From a candidate division FCPU426 bacterium (GTDB lineage: Bacteria; Oederibacteriota; Muellerivitia; Muellerivitales; Muellerivitaceae), in contig CAVRAL010000004.1 of NCBI GenBank assembly GCA_963719085.1, positions 416,001-480,000 of the forward strand: DNA of 64,000 bases, written 5' to 3'. The stretch's first letter is position 1. Each line of letters opens with the position of its first letter. Positions 18,193 to 27,065 of the stretch are shown here, one piece after another. A program made the position numbers and the translations under genes. The notes beneath the pieces are model-generated. The model saw only the letters and a list, made by a program, of their open reading frames with translations. It ran no database searches and was not told the origin of the DNA.

Positions 18193-20160
18193 TTAATGAA
18201 TAACGACTAGCCGGCCGGTAGCGACCCCGAGGGGTTTTATCAGATAAACAATATAAATCCCGCTGGCGACTTTTTGGCCGTAGGTGTTGGTTCCATCCCA
18301 GCTCAATGTTGTCAACGGCAGTGGTTGGGTTAAGGTTTCATCGAACAATGTCTTAATGTGCTCACCCGCCGAGTTGTAAATCCTCAAGGTCATCGGACCA
18401 AAATATTGGCCGGACGCGATCTTGATGCCGACTGTTCCATCGAGGGTTTCATTAAAGACATTTCTGGAAATCTCAAATACATCTCCTGAAACCGTCGGCG
18501 TCGGAGTCTCGGAGCTGATGGGTGTATGGACCGGCGTGACAGTGGCTGTCGCCGGCGGCGGGGTGGGCGTAAGCGTAGGTGTTATGAGAGGCACAATGGT
18601 CTCTGTCACGGTAGGCGTACCCGTAGGGGACAATGTTTTCGTCGAGGTTGGAGTGGCGCTGTTGGTGGCGGTGGGGGTTGACGTACTCGTGGCGGTTGGT
18701 ATGGCGGTATGGGTGGCCGTGTTGGTGGAGGTAACGGTGCAGGTGACGGTGTTGGTAAAAGTCGATGTACCTGTGGGAGTGCTGGTGCAGGTTGGTGTGG
18801 AAGAAGCCGTCGAGGTGCTGGTAGGTGAGTTCGTCGAGGTTGGAGTGGCGCTGCTGGTGGCCGTCAGCGTCGCGGTGGGGGTCGGCGTATTCGTGGCGGT
18901 TGGTGTCGCGGTATGGGTCGCTGTTTGGGTGGCGGTGGCCGTAGGACTGTTGGTCCAGGTAAAAGTGGGAGAAGCCGTGAAAGTGCTGGTGGGGGTTGGA
19001 ACGCAGCCGCTGAAAGTGATTGCCAGCGCCCGGGCGTTGCCGCTGACCAGCAGGTCGCTTTGGTTGTCGTCATCGTCATAGGGAAAACCATAAGCCAGAT
19101 TGTTCAGATTGACCGTATGAAAAAAGGCCGAGTAATAATTACAGGGAGCGGTTTGATAAAAGGCCGCGGGGTTGTTGAGGTTGGCCGCGTTGTCGAGAAC
19201 GTGGCGGTTAATGCCGGCGGCCATCACCACTTCCAACGCCAGCTCGGTGGGATTTCCGCTGGCGAAGACGCCGGAAGCGGCCAGCGCGTCCTGCGTGGTG
19301 GGATAGCCGACAGTGTAAGGCCCGCCCGGACCGGTAAAAGTCATCTGGCTTCCCGGGCCCGTCGTGGTGCCCGAGTAGGTGTTGCCCCCAACGCTGATGA
19401 CCAAAGGCTTCGACTGGTACTCGGTCCAGAGCTGGGAAATATAGCCGTCCAAGTAAGTGCCGTTGGCCCCGCCCGCCGCGAAAGTGCCGTCCGCGGGGGC
19501 CACGATCCGCGTTGAGCCCACCAGGGAATTGAAGATGGCCGCGCCCGGGATGGAGTTCATATAGGCCTCGTACTTGCTCACGATGTCGCTAGCGCAATCC
19601 GCGACGCCGCTGGCGCCGTTGAGGCCCCCGCCCACATTGTACAAACCCATGGTGTAGGCAATGCCGAACATATTCACCTGGGTGGTATTGCAGTAAATGT
19701 AATCACTGCCCTCGTCAAACTCCATCCAGTCGAAAACGGTATTGATGTTGGGGTCGCTTGGATTGCCGATATTGGGCTGTACGATGCCCGGCCCCGCCAC
19801 GATGGGCATGTTCAAGGGCGAGTAAAAAGAAAACCACATGCGGCCCGAGCCCATCACGGGCAACTGCAGTCCGGCGGGGCTTAACGCGTCGATCTGGGCC
19901 AGGGTCATGGTATAGCCGCTGGCGTTCTGGCCGGGCACAATGGCGTTCATCGTTCCACCCGGAGTGAGATAGGCATTGTTGGCCAACACACAGATGTAAA
20001 CCTGATTGTTGGGCACGGTCGTGTTATTGACGAACTGGCAGGTCATCACTTCCCCGCTATTAAGGGAGATGAGCTGGGCCCGGACCCCGGAGGCCGAAAG
20101 AAAAAGAAGACAACTCGAAAGCGCTGTCAAAGTGAATAGGCGCGCGGAAATTGAGACCAT
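18193..20160 (-). CDS. GH64 (beta-1,3-glucanase-like) domain + Thr-rich linker + FlgD-Ig C-terminal domain
   Basis: SGRMWFS, NPSDPN..DWMEF, NTTQVN, NYYS..H..AYGFPYDD; long (T-x) repeat; IYNSAGEHIKTL..WDG....VASGIY. Confidence 0.85.
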   Translation of the reverse strand: MVSISARLFTLTALSSCLLFLSASGVRAQLISLNSGEVMTCQFVNNTTVPNNQVYICVLANNAYLTPGGTMNAIVPGQNASGYTMTLAQIDALSPAGLQLPVMGSGRMWFSFYSPLNMPIVAGPGIVQPNIGNPSDPNINTVFDWMEFDEGSDYIYCNTTQVNMFGIAYTMGLYNVGGGLNGASGVADCASDIVSKYEAYMNSIPGAAIFNSLVGSTRIVAPADGTFAAGGANGTYLDGYISQLWTEYQSKPLVISVGGNTYSGTTTGPGSQMTFTGPGGPYTVGYPTTQDALAASGVFASGNPTELALEVVMAAGINRHVLDNAANLNNPAAFYQTAPCNYYSAFFHTVNLNNLAYGFPYDDDDNQSDLLVSGNARALAITFSGCVPTPTSTFTASPTFTWTNSPTATATQTATHTATPTATNTPTPTATLTATSSATPTSTNSPTSTSTASSTPTCTSTPTGTSTFTNTVTCTVTSTNTATHTAIPTATSTSTPTATNSATPTSTKTLSPTGTPTVTETIVPLITPTLTPTPPPATATVTPVHTPISSETPTPTVSGDVFEISRNVFNETLDGTVGIKIASGQYFGPMTLRIYNSAGEHIKTLFDETLTQPLPLTTLSWDGTNTYGQKVASGIYIVYLIKPLGVATGRLVVIH

Positions 20161-20163
20161 TTT

Positions 20164-20526
20164 TCAAGAAGCCTTTTTAAGAAAAGACGCCAAGGCCTCC
20201 ATTTCGGCGGGTTTGATCAGAAGAAAATGAAGCCCGACGCTGCTCTTATTCACCCAAACCACCCTGGCATAAACGGTCACCACGCTCACCTTGTCCAGGA
20301 TGTAAATTTTAAATTCCAACACGCTGCCGACCGCCAAGTGATAGTCCACGACAAGCTGCATGCCGCCGGGGCTCAGGTCGAGGGTGACTCCATATTTCTT
20401 AGATTCGCGCCAATCCTCGATTTTTTTCAGGACTTTTTTATCTTCCGCCGGGAAGAATTTAACGGGGATCTTGATCGGAACCCGGGGATTATCCCTGCGG
20501 TTATTGGCTATTTTGGTTTGCGGCAT
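20164..20526 (-). CDS. Stand-alone PilZ domain (c-di-GMP binding) protein
   Basis: RRDNPR (RxxxR) and DLSPGG (DxSxxG), ARVVW, VGLHF. Confidence 0.88.
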   Translation of the reverse strand: MPQTKIANNRRDNPRVPIKIPVKFFPAEDKKVLKKIEDWRESKKYGVTLDLSPGGMQLVVDYHLAVGSVLEFKIYILDKVSVVTVYARVVWVNKSSVGLHFLLIKPAEMEALASFLKKAS

Positions 20527-20713
20527 TTTTCCCTCCGGCTATCGGATAAACCCTGTTACCAGCGGCGACATCTTTCCGGTTTTCTTGGTTTTCGGGCTTT
20601 CGGACAAAATCGAAAAGCCCGGGGGAATCCTTCACGATTCCTCGAAAAGCAAAATACATTCGCCTTGTCAAAAACAACATTGACGGGATTATCTAAAGAA
20701 TGGATGGAATTGA

Positions 20714-20906
20714 TGGGGAACCCAAGGCCGACAAAAGGCTTTAAACGAACCCAAAAGCCTATTCTCACCCGCAAGTACAAAGGCTTTTGTTTGGGACGGT
20801 AAAATAAAGCCGCTGATCGGGGCGGGGCTGAAAAGTCCCCTTCTTCTGTTATAATTCACCCCCCATCCCGCGAGGATGGCCGTCTGGAAAACCTCCGCGG
20901 TTGTCA
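20714..20906 (+). repeat. Right copy of ~200-bp imperfect direct repeat (partner 12405-12605)
   Basis: Same collinear blocks as the left copy. Confidence 0.9.
20828..20855 (+). promoter_or_regulatory. Putative extended -10 promoter for ffs-dnaX
   Basis: CTGAAA-N16-TATAAT with TGnTATAAT. Confidence 0.6.
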
Positions 20907-20929
20907 TTATGATCGACCGACGGTTTCAA

Positions 20930-21036
20930 CGTGGAAGTCGGGTCCTATACGGCGAGCCGGCCCCAACTCCGCCAGGTCCGGAAGGAAGCAACGGTTAGGC
21001 ATGTGTTCGGGCGTTGTAGTCAACCTGGCTTCCACG
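20930..21036 (+). ncRNA. ffs: SRP RNA (4.5S, small type)
   Basis: Conserved gccaggtccggaaggaagcaacgg domain IV; closing stem cgtggaag/cttccacg; directly upstream of dnaX. Confidence 0.95.
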
Positions 21037-21070
21037 ATGAAACTGTCGAATCTTTTTTCCGAGGTATTGG

Positions 21071-22867
21071 ATGCCCCCCCAAGTCATGGCGCTCAAATGG
21101 CGCCCCCAAACTTTCGCCGACATGGTCGGCCAGGAACACATCACCCGCACCCTGCAGAACGCCATTACGGCCGACCGGGTAGCCCACGCTTATATCTTCG
21201 CCGGGCCCCGGGGCGTGGGGAAAACCACCACCGCGCGCATTTTCGCCAAGGCGCTCAATTGCCGTAACCTCAAGGGCACGGAGCCTTGCAATACCTGCGA
21301 CCTGTGCGAGGAGGTCAATCAGGGCTCGGCCATGGACGTGATCGAGATCGACGCCGCTTCCTTCAACCGCGTGGAAGACATCCGCAACTTACAGGAACAG
21401 GTCGGCACCTATCCCGCCAAGGCCAAGTACAAGGTTTATATCTTTGACGAAGCGCACCGGATCACCCGGGCCGCTTTCGACGCCTTTTTGAAAACGCTGG
21501 AAGAGCCTCCGGCCCACGTCATCTTCATTTTAGCCTCCACCGAAATTCACCAGTTCCCGCCTACGGTCCAGTCCCGCTGCCAAAGGTTTGAGTTCCGGGC
21601 GATGAACCTGGACACCTTGATCAAACAATTGCGCCGCATCAGCGAGTCGGAAAAAATCGAGGTGGATGACAAGGCGCTTTACCAGATCGCCCGGTCCGCC
21701 GGCGGTTCCATGCGGGACGCCCAGCGCACATTGGACCAGTTGGTGGCCTTTTCCGGACGCAAGATCACCACCGATGACATTCGGATTGTTTTAGGCACGA
21801 TTGAGGGCGAGGTTTATTTGAATTTTCTGCGGGCCGCCGCCCGGGAAGACGCCGGCGCCGCCCTGGATATCGTCCGCCAGGTTTTAGAAAGCGGCAAAGA
21901 CCTGGATCATTTTTATTCGGGCCTTTTGGAGTCTTACCGGCACCTAGCCGTGGCCAAGGCTTATCCCGCGGCCGCCGCCAAGCTTATCCCCTTGGCCGCC
22001 GAGGAAATTGAGCGGCTGATCGAGATCGCGAAAGAATGCGACGACGCTTATGTTTTATCCGCGCTAAGGCTTCTCATTGAGCAGGAATGGGCGGCCCGCC
22101 GCTCGTCCTTGCCTCAAATTGTTTTAGAAACCCTGACGCTGGAATTATGCCGGCTCAAACAACTGACCAATGTCACCGCGCTCTTAAGCCAGTCGGGAAA
22201 AGTCTCCCTGCCTTCGGCCGCTCCCGCGGCGCGGACCTTCACGTCGTCCGCCGCGCCCCCGGGGACTTCGCCCTCAAAACCCCCAACCGTTTCATCGGCC
22301 GCGCAGTCCCCGCAGGGGGCGCCGTCCACCGCCCCGGCGAAATCCCCGCAGGGCCCGGCCTCTTCGGCCGTCATGGACAGCGAACCTGTGTTGGCGGTCG
22401 ACGAAATTGAGGATCCCATCGACGCCGAGAAAAACCCCGAACTGGCCAAGCTCAAGTCCCAATGGCGTGAATTTTTAGAAAGCGTCTCATCGCAAAAAAA
22501 ATCCTTACAAGCCGTGCTCATCGACACCCGGCCCAAAAGCCTGGACGAAGGCACCCTGGTCCTTCTTTGCAAAGGTCCCTTTCACCAGGAACAATTATCA
22601 AAAGCCGAGAATAAAACGCTGGTCGAACAGATCCTCAAAGACCTTTTGGGCCGGCCCATTACTTTGGTCCCCGTTTTGGCCGAAGGCGCGGCCAAGCCGT
22701 CCGAGGCTAAAACCCCCGGCCCCGCGGCCCGCGCGCCCAAATCACTGGTCGCGCCAGCGGTCGACGTGAAAGAGCTGGAAAAAGAAGAGCCTTTGGTGGC
22801 CGCCGCGCTCAAAATGTTCGGGGGCAAAATCGTGGAAGTAAAACGCAACAACCCCAAACAGCTATAA
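21071..22867 (+). CDS. dnaX: DNA polymerase III subunit gamma/tau
   Basis: KWRPQTF, GPRGVGKTT, Cys zinc motif, DEAH, LKTLEEPP, SRC. Confidence 0.98.
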   Translation: MPPQVMALKWRPQTFADMVGQEHITRTLQNAITADRVAHAYIFAGPRGVGKTTTARIFAKALNCRNLKGTEPCNTCDLCEEVNQGSAMDVIEIDAASFNRVEDIRNLQEQVGTYPAKAKYKVYIFDEAHRITRAAFDAFLKTLEEPPAHVIFILASTEIHQFPPTVQSRCQRFEFRAMNLDTLIKQLRRISESEKIEVDDKALYQIARSAGGSMRDAQRTLDQLVAFSGRKITTDDIRIVLGTIEGEVYLNFLRAAAREDAGAALDIVRQVLESGKDLDHFYSGLLESYRHLAVAKAYPAAAAKLIPLAAEEIERLIEIAKECDDAYVLSALRLLIEQEWAARRSSLPQIVLETLTLELCRLKQLTNVTALLSQSGKVSLPSAAPAARTFTSSAAPPGTSPSKPPTVSSAAQSPQGAPSTAPAKSPQGPASSAVMDSEPVLAVDEIEDPIDAEKNPELAKLKSQWREFLESVSSQKKSLQAVLIDTRPKSLDEGTLVLLCKGPFHQEQLSKAENKTLVEQILKDLLGRPITLVPVLAEGAAKPSEAKTPGPAARAPKSLVAPAVDVKELEKEEPLVAAALKMFGGKIVEVKRNNPKQL

Positions 22868-22884
22868 AGCCTTAAACAAAGGCC

Positions 22885-22995
22885 TTTTACCACGAAGTTC
22901 ACTAAGTGCACGAAGTAAACAAAGATAATTTTAAAAATCAAATGATGTGTTTTTGTTCTTAAAACTTGGTGAACTTCGTGTACTTAGTGGTAAAA
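22885..22995. repeat. REP/MITE-like inverted repeat with 9-bp periodic arms
   Basis: ttttaccacgaagttcactaagtgcacgaag ... cttggtgaacttcgtgtacttagtggtaaaa, AT-rich loop. Confidence 0.8.
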
Positions 22996-23036
22996 ATGGG
23001 TTAATTCGCTTCTTACATTCTATCTGGAGCCATCCC

Positions 23037-23348
23037 TTGCCCGACCTGTTCAATATGATCCGCCAAGCCCAAGCCCTCAAAGAAAAGATGGCCCAATTCC
23101 AGGAAGAGCTGGAAAAGCAAACCTTCACCGGGACCGCCGGAAACGGCGCGGTCACCGTGCTGTTGAATGGAAAACATGTCGTTCAAAAAGTCACCTTAAA
23201 ACCCGAATCGCTCAAAGACGGCGACGCCAAGTGGCTGGAAGCCCTTATTCAAGAGGCCGTCAACGACGCGGGAGCCCAAGTCACGGCGCGGCTGAAAGAA
23301 CAGGTTTCCAAAATGACCGGCGGGCTCGGCCTGCCGGGGTTATTTTAA
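23037..23348 (+). CDS. ybaB: YbaB/EbfC nucleoid-associated protein
   Basis: MIRQAQ..QEEL..GTAGNGAVTV..NG..EAVNDA; position between dnaX and recR; TTG start inferred. Confidence 0.93.
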   Translation: MPDLFNMIRQAQALKEKMAQFQEELEKQTFTGTAGNGAVTVLLNGKHVVQKVTLKPESLKDGDAKWLEALIQEAVNDAGAQVTARLKEQVSKMTGGLGLPGLF

Positions 23349-23371
23349 GCTCATTTATTTAAGGAGACTTT

Positions 23372-24814
23372 ATGCCGCTCGGTGAAAATCTTTCGAATAA
23401 ATTCCATTCGGTCTCAACGTCTTCCACCGCCAAATTCATCGCGATCACCATTTTACTCCTGCTTCTTCTCATTCCTAAAAGCATGGTCACCGACGTCATC
23501 AGCGACCGCGAGCAACACCGGGATGAGGCCCGGCAAGAAGTCAGCGGCCAATGGGGCGGTCCTCAGGTTTTGGCCGGACCCTTTTTGGTGGTGCCTTATC
23601 TGGTAAACGAAAAAGTGCTCAATGATAAAAAAGAACTTCAAGAAACCAGCACGCTTTATTACGCCGTCTTTCTTCCCGACAGCCTCCAAGAGGATGTCCA
23701 AGCGGCGCCCCAGGTCCGCCACCGGGGAATTTATGAAGTCATCCTTTATCAATCCAAGGTGGTTTTAAAAGGCGCTTTTCCCTGGCCCAACTTCGGCGGC
23801 TTCCCCGTCCAACCCACACAGATCCTTTGGAATAAAGCCGCTCTTGTCCAAGGCCTGACTGATATCCGCGGAATCCAAAAAGACGCCCAGCTTTTAATGG
23901 ATGGAAAAAATGTCGCGCTGGAGCCGGGCCTGCCGCCCATTCAAACCGTCACTTCCGGCATCCACGCCGATCTGGACCTATCGGCGCGAAAAACCTCCGT
24001 TCCCTTTACTTTGACCTTCACCTTGAATGGCGCCGGGAACATGAGCTTTATCCCCCTGGGACGGCAAACGACCGTGAATTTTTCATCCTCCTGGCCCAAC
24101 CCCAGTTTCCAGGGCGCTTTCCTTCCCAGTGACCGGCAGATAGGTCCCGATGGTTTCAAAGCCAAGTGGGAAATCCCGAACCTCGCCCGCAATTTCCCCC
24201 AGCAATGGACCACCGCCAATTCTCCCGTGGACTTTCAAGCTCAAGCCGCCGTCGATTCTTATTACGCGCCAAGAGAAGAAAACCTTTCCACCCGAACCCA
24301 AGATTTAGGCCCTTCCACCTTTGGCGTCAGTTTCTTTTACCCCGTGGATAATTACCAATCCACCACGCGCTCGGCGAAATACGGGGAACTTTTTCTGGCC
24401 CTGACCTTTCTTATTTTTTTCCTGTTCGAGATCCTTTCGGGGATACGCGTCCATCCCTTTCAGTACCTGCTGGTGGGCTTCGCCTTGATTCTTTTCTACC
24501 TCCTGCTCTTGTCCACCTCGGAATTGATCGGCTTCGGGTGGTCTTATCTGATCGCCGCCTTGGCCACCATCGGCCTCATTACGGCCTATAGCAGTTCGGT
24601 GCTTTGGAATTGGAAACAAGCCCGTCTCATTGGAATCCTGTTGGGCTTCATTTACGCCTATCTTTTTTGCCTGTTGAAGGTTGAGGATTATTCGCTGCTT
24701 TTGGGTTCCATCGGCTTGTTCGTCAGCTTGGGGGTTGTCATGTACGCCACACGAAAAGTGGATTGGTACAACACCGCCAAAAAAAGCGGCATCGCCTTGA
24801 AAAAAAACCGGTAA
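23372..24814 (+). CDS. creD: Inner membrane protein CreD
   Basis: LLLLIP..I.DRE, WGGPQ.LAGP, RGIY, SSWPNPSFQG.FLP, R.AKYG.LF, HPFQYLLVG, MYATRKVDWY. Confidence 0.93.
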   Translation: MPLGENLSNKFHSVSTSSTAKFIAITILLLLLLIPKSMVTDVISDREQHRDEARQEVSGQWGGPQVLAGPFLVVPYLVNEKVLNDKKELQETSTLYYAVFLPDSLQEDVQAAPQVRHRGIYEVILYQSKVVLKGAFPWPNFGGFPVQPTQILWNKAALVQGLTDIRGIQKDAQLLMDGKNVALEPGLPPIQTVTSGIHADLDLSARKTSVPFTLTFTLNGAGNMSFIPLGRQTTVNFSSSWPNPSFQGAFLPSDRQIGPDGFKAKWEIPNLARNFPQQWTTANSPVDFQAQAAVDSYYAPREENLSTRTQDLGPSTFGVSFFYPVDNYQSTTRSAKYGELFLALTFLIFFLFEILSGIRVHPFQYLLVGFALILFYLLLLSTSELIGFGWSYLIAALATIGLITAYSSSVLWNWKQARLIGILLGFIYAYLFCLLKVEDYSLLLGSIGLFVSLGVVMYATRKVDWYNTAKKSGIALKKNR

Positions 24815-24835
24815 ACCGGCCGAACGGGGTTTCTC

Positions 24836-25438
24836 TTGGCTGAATATCCGCCTTCTCTTGAACGCGTCATCCATGAACTGGGAAAACTTCCCGGCATCGG
24901 GCCCCGAACGGCGCTTCGGCTGGCTTTTTATCTATTAAAACAACCCGCCGAAGCGTCCCAGACATTGGCCAGAGCCTTGGTGGAAGCCCGCGCCAAACTG
25001 CATCCTTGCCGGGATTGCTTCAACTTGACTGAGGAAACCCTTTGCCAGATTTGCGCCTCCTCAAGCCGGGATAAAACCACCATCCTGGTAGTGGAAGATC
25101 CCAGTGACGTAGTCGCCTTTGAGCGGACCCATGAGTTTAAGGGCCTGTATCACGTGTTGGGCGGAACCCTTTCGCCGCTGGAAGGCCGCGGTCCCCAACA
25201 GCTGACCTTGGAACCTTTGGTGGAGCGGGTGAAAAAAAGCGGAACCTTGAAAGAAATTATCGTGGCCACCGACCCCACGGTTGAGGGCGATTCCACCGCC
25301 CTTTACATCCAGCAGCTTTTGAAAGCGGCGCCGGTCAAAGTCACCCGCCTCGCCCGGGGACTTCCATCGGGCGGGGATGTGGAATACGCCGATGAATCCA
25401 CATTGTTAAAAGCCCTCGAGGGACGAAGGGAGTTATAA
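24836..25438 (+). CDS. recR: Recombination mediator RecR
   Basis: LPGIGPRTA.RLA, C4 zinc finger, YHVLGG, VEGDSTA, EYADE. Confidence 0.98.
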   Translation: MAEYPPSLERVIHELGKLPGIGPRTALRLAFYLLKQPAEASQTLARALVEARAKLHPCRDCFNLTEETLCQICASSSRDKTTILVVEDPSDVVAFERTHEFKGLYHVLGGTLSPLEGRGPQQLTLEPLVERVKKSGTLKEIIVATDPTVEGDSTALYIQQLLKAAPVKVTRLARGLPSGGDVEYADESTLLKALEGRREL

Positions 25439-25439
25439 A

Positions 25440-25820
25440 ATGATTCTCCTTCGATCGATCGGCGCCTTCCTGCTTTTGAGCTTGGTCGTTCCCGCGCTTT
25501 TCGCCCAAACCGCCGGGGTCAGCGTCATCAACCAGCGAAATGTGATTCTGGTGGTCCCCACCCCCAATCCCCAAAACCCGCCATCTTCCAACGCGCTCTT
25601 GACCCGCAACGGACGGTTGGGAGCAACCTCGAATTCCCGCCGGGTCAATGATGTGAATCCCCCGGCCCACCCTCAACACCGGGATCCTTTGCGGGCCCCA
25701 AAGCCCGCGCCTTTTGCCCCCAAGCGTCCCTTGACTAAAAAATTTATGGCCAACGCTTCGGCTTCCCTGGCCACTACCGCGCCGCCCGAAAGCTCCGGGG
25801 TCTTCCCCAAGGGAAAATGA
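25440..25820 (+). CDS. Hypothetical exported Pro-rich protein
   Basis: Signal peptide; abuts recR and overlaps the next start codon. Confidence 0.5.
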   Translation: MILLRSIGAFLLLSLVVPALFAQTAGVSVINQRNVILVVPTPNPQNPPSSNALLTRNGRLGATSNSRRVNDVNPPAHPQHRDPLRAPKPAPFAPKRPLTKKFMANASASLATTAPPESSGVFPKGK

Positions 25821-26887
25821 GACAAACCGCGAATCTTTTAATTTTAATGGGAGGATTTCTTTTTTTGACACCCACTTTTTCCAACGCCGATACCACCATC
25901 CCCGCCAATGACCCCCGGATCCAATATTCGGGCCGGGTTGATTTTTCAAACCCCCAGGCGCCCCGGTTTGATTGGCCCGGCGTTTCCATTCAAATCCGGT
26001 TCAACGGCCCGGCCATTGGTTTTTTATTACAAGACAGTCAAAACCGCTTTGATGTTTGGGTGGACGGAAAACCCCAAACCGTCTTAGCCGCGTCAGCGGC
26101 CAAAACCCTTTATCTCGTGGATGGTCTAGCGCCAGGCGAACACCGGCTTCAACTCACCAAGCGCACCGAGGCTTCCTGGGGCATCACTTGTTTCCGGGGT
26201 TTGTCCTTGCCCGCGGGAACTGAATTGCTAGCCCCGCCGGAAAAACCCGTCCGGCGGATCGAGATCATCGGGGATTCCTGGGTTTGCGGTTACGGCAATG
26301 AGGCCGCCACGGTCCATTGCGATGACTTAAACCCCTACGAAAACGCCAACCGGGGTTTCGCCCTGGTCACCGCCCGGGAATTAAAGGTCGAAGCCCACTT
26401 AGTCGCCTATTCGGGCCGGGGCGTGGTGCGCAATTACGGTGACAGCCAGCGCCAATCCGCCGAGCCTTTTCCAGCGCTTTATGACCGCCTGCTTTGCGCC
26501 GAATCCCAAAGCCGTTGGGATTTTCAAAGCTGGATTCCGGACGCCGTGGTCATTCACCTGGGGACCAACGACTTCTCCACCGAACCCCATCCGGACCCGA
26601 AAGTTTTCGAGCAAGGGTGTTCCGATCTACTGGCCCATCTACGATCCCTTTATCCCAACGCCTCCCTTTTTTGGTTTTGCGCCACCGGCTGGCCCAACTA
26701 TTACCTAGGGGTGGAATCGGTGGTCCGGGACAAAAACAACGCCGGGGACAAAAAAATTTATTGCGTGGGTTATCCGCCGGTCCCCCAGGACCAAATGGGT
26801 TGTGATTTTCATCCCAACGTGAGGGTGCATCAAAAATTGGCGACCCGGCTGACTCAAGCCCTTCGTCAAAAGCTGAGCTGGCATTAA
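25817..26887 (+). CDS. SGNH/GDSL esterase, CE2-like (acetyl-polysaccharide esterase)
   Basis: QYSGR..WPG, KRTE, RIEIIGDS..CGYGN, LGTNDF, DFHP. Confidence 0.88.
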   Translation: MRQTANLLILMGGFLFLTPTFSNADTTIPANDPRIQYSGRVDFSNPQAPRFDWPGVSIQIRFNGPAIGFLLQDSQNRFDVWVDGKPQTVLAASAAKTLYLVDGLAPGEHRLQLTKRTEASWGITCFRGLSLPAGTELLAPPEKPVRRIEIIGDSWVCGYGNEAATVHCDDLNPYENANRGFALVTARELKVEAHLVAYSGRGVVRNYGDSQRQSAEPFPALYDRLLCAESQSRWDFQSWIPDAVVIHLGTNDFSTEPHPDPKVFEQGCSDLLAHLRSLYPNASLFWFCATGWPNYYLGVESVVRDKNNAGDKKIYCVGYPPVPQDQMGCDFHPNVRVHQKLATRLTQALRQKLSWH

Positions 26888-26904
26888 GGCCATAAATAAA
26901 CCTC

Positions 26905-27032
26905 TTCACCGCCAAGACGCCAAGTTCGCCAAGAAAGACTACAAAAAAACAACAAGGTTCACTCAAAAAGACTTAAATTCTAAACCAGAAGCCTTTTGAT
27001 TTACTTGGCGAACTTGGCGTCTTGGCGGTGAA
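26905..27032. repeat. REP/MITE-like element, perfect 29-bp inverted repeat of three cgccaag units
   Basis: ttcaccgccaagacgccaagttcgccaag / cttggcgaacttggcgtcttggcggtgaa. Confidence 0.9.
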
Positions 27033-27065
27033 AAGCCGTTTTGTTAATTCTCATAAGGAAAAAAC

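Noticed and set aside
12606..20713. Classical integron with attC sites
   Set aside because: No intI gene, and the repeats lack the RYYYAAC/GTTRRRY ends and long hairpin of attC.
20862..20929. Alu domain of a large-type SRP RNA
   Set aside because: The leader has hairpins but no recognisable Alu consensus or pairing with the 3' end; treated as leader.
22494..22501. dnaX frameshift or slippage site (A8 run)
   Set aside because: Not the A-AAA-AAG motif with a stimulatory hairpin, shorter than the A9 slippage run known in Thermus, and no immediate out-of-frame stop; cannot be supported.
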